DNA of 32,000 nucleotides from Candidatus Electronema aureum (GTDB lineage Bacteria; Desulfobacterota; Desulfobulbia; Desulfobulbales; Desulfobulbaceae): NCBI GenBank assembly GCA_004284765.1, contig NQJD01000001.1, positions 1 to 32,000 of the forward strand, read 5' to 3'. Shown piece by piece: positions 31,907 to 32,000 of this stretch (position 1 is its first letter; each line of letters starts with the position of its first letter). The notes under the pieces were generated by a model. It saw only the letters and a program-made list of their open reading frames with translations, ran no database searches and was not told where the DNA came from. The position numbers and the translations under genes were made by a program.

Positions 31907-32000
31907 ATGCCGGTTGGATACTATGTCAGAGAGAACAAACTCACCACGCCCCCTTCGTACAGCTGTCAGACAACTGCGGAAGACACACTTGGCTATGATG
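31907..32000 (+). CDS. 5' end of a gene running off the right edge; the N-terminus resembles HU-like 'DNA-binding domain' proteins of mobile elements
   Basis: ATG lies 7 nt after AGGAGG. The translation is MPVGYYVRENKLTTPPSYSCQTTAEDTLGYD. The Y.(V/L)REN.LT..P..Y pattern is recalled from HU-fold (HU-HIG type) proteins. This is a weak, memory-based assignment. Confidence 0.4.
   Translation, partial: MPVGYYVRENKLTTPPSYSCQTTAEDTLGYD

Noticed and set aside
29695-32000. Direct repeat of the tRNA-Leu 3' end (attR) that would delimit a genomic island
   Set aside because: By eye I found no copy of the 3' tRNA segment (..GTTCGATTCTCGTTCCGGGCACCA) downstream within the window. The island boundary, if any, lies beyond the right edge, so the 'integrated element' status remains an inference.

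Overview
This 32-kb window looks like chromosome from a Gram-negative bacterium, since lptD and mltB are present. Gene content and the GTAGGGG...CCCCTAC palindromes resemble Desulfobacterota/deltaproteobacteria, but I cannot fix the taxon without a search. The backbone is housekeeping genes: nadC, a DEAD-box helicase, a YbiT-like ABC-F ATPase, two tandem cspA-family genes, tsaC, a fused purD-purE, tRNA-Ser(CGA), a LEA_2 lipoprotein, a YkgJ-type Cys-cluster protein, bioB, epmA, engB, hisG, hisI, an FKBP PPIase, mazG, mltB, a DHH-like protein, lptD, a radical SAM protein, RNase E/G and tRNA-Leu(TAA). Several stop/start overlaps (ATGA or GTGA) indicate tight operons: purDE-tsaC, hisG-engB and lptD-DHH. 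Visibly AT-rich accessory islets interrupt this backbone. (1) The left edge carries an IS transposase, a degraded prfC, a coiled-coil/NERD protein and a HigB/HigA-like module with a frameshifted toxin. (2) A single SGNH hydrolase gene sits between bioB and epmA. (3) DUF2442, a shortened DUF4160 and a radical SAM/SPASM enzyme lie next to hisI. (4) Immediately 3' of tRNA-Leu, a consensus promoter drives an unrecognisable pair: a roughly 6-TM protein and an 18-Cys secreted protein. These are followed by a promoter-driven hairpin element, an iteron-like array of about 23 bp period, and the start of another gene. The tRNA-Leu islet is my best candidate for an undescribed system. Also notable are an exactly phased 6 x 23-bp dyad-repeat array upstream of the helicase gene and three ORFs absent from the supplied track (52, 59 and 49 aa). 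All family assignments rest on motif recognition from memory; no database search was run.
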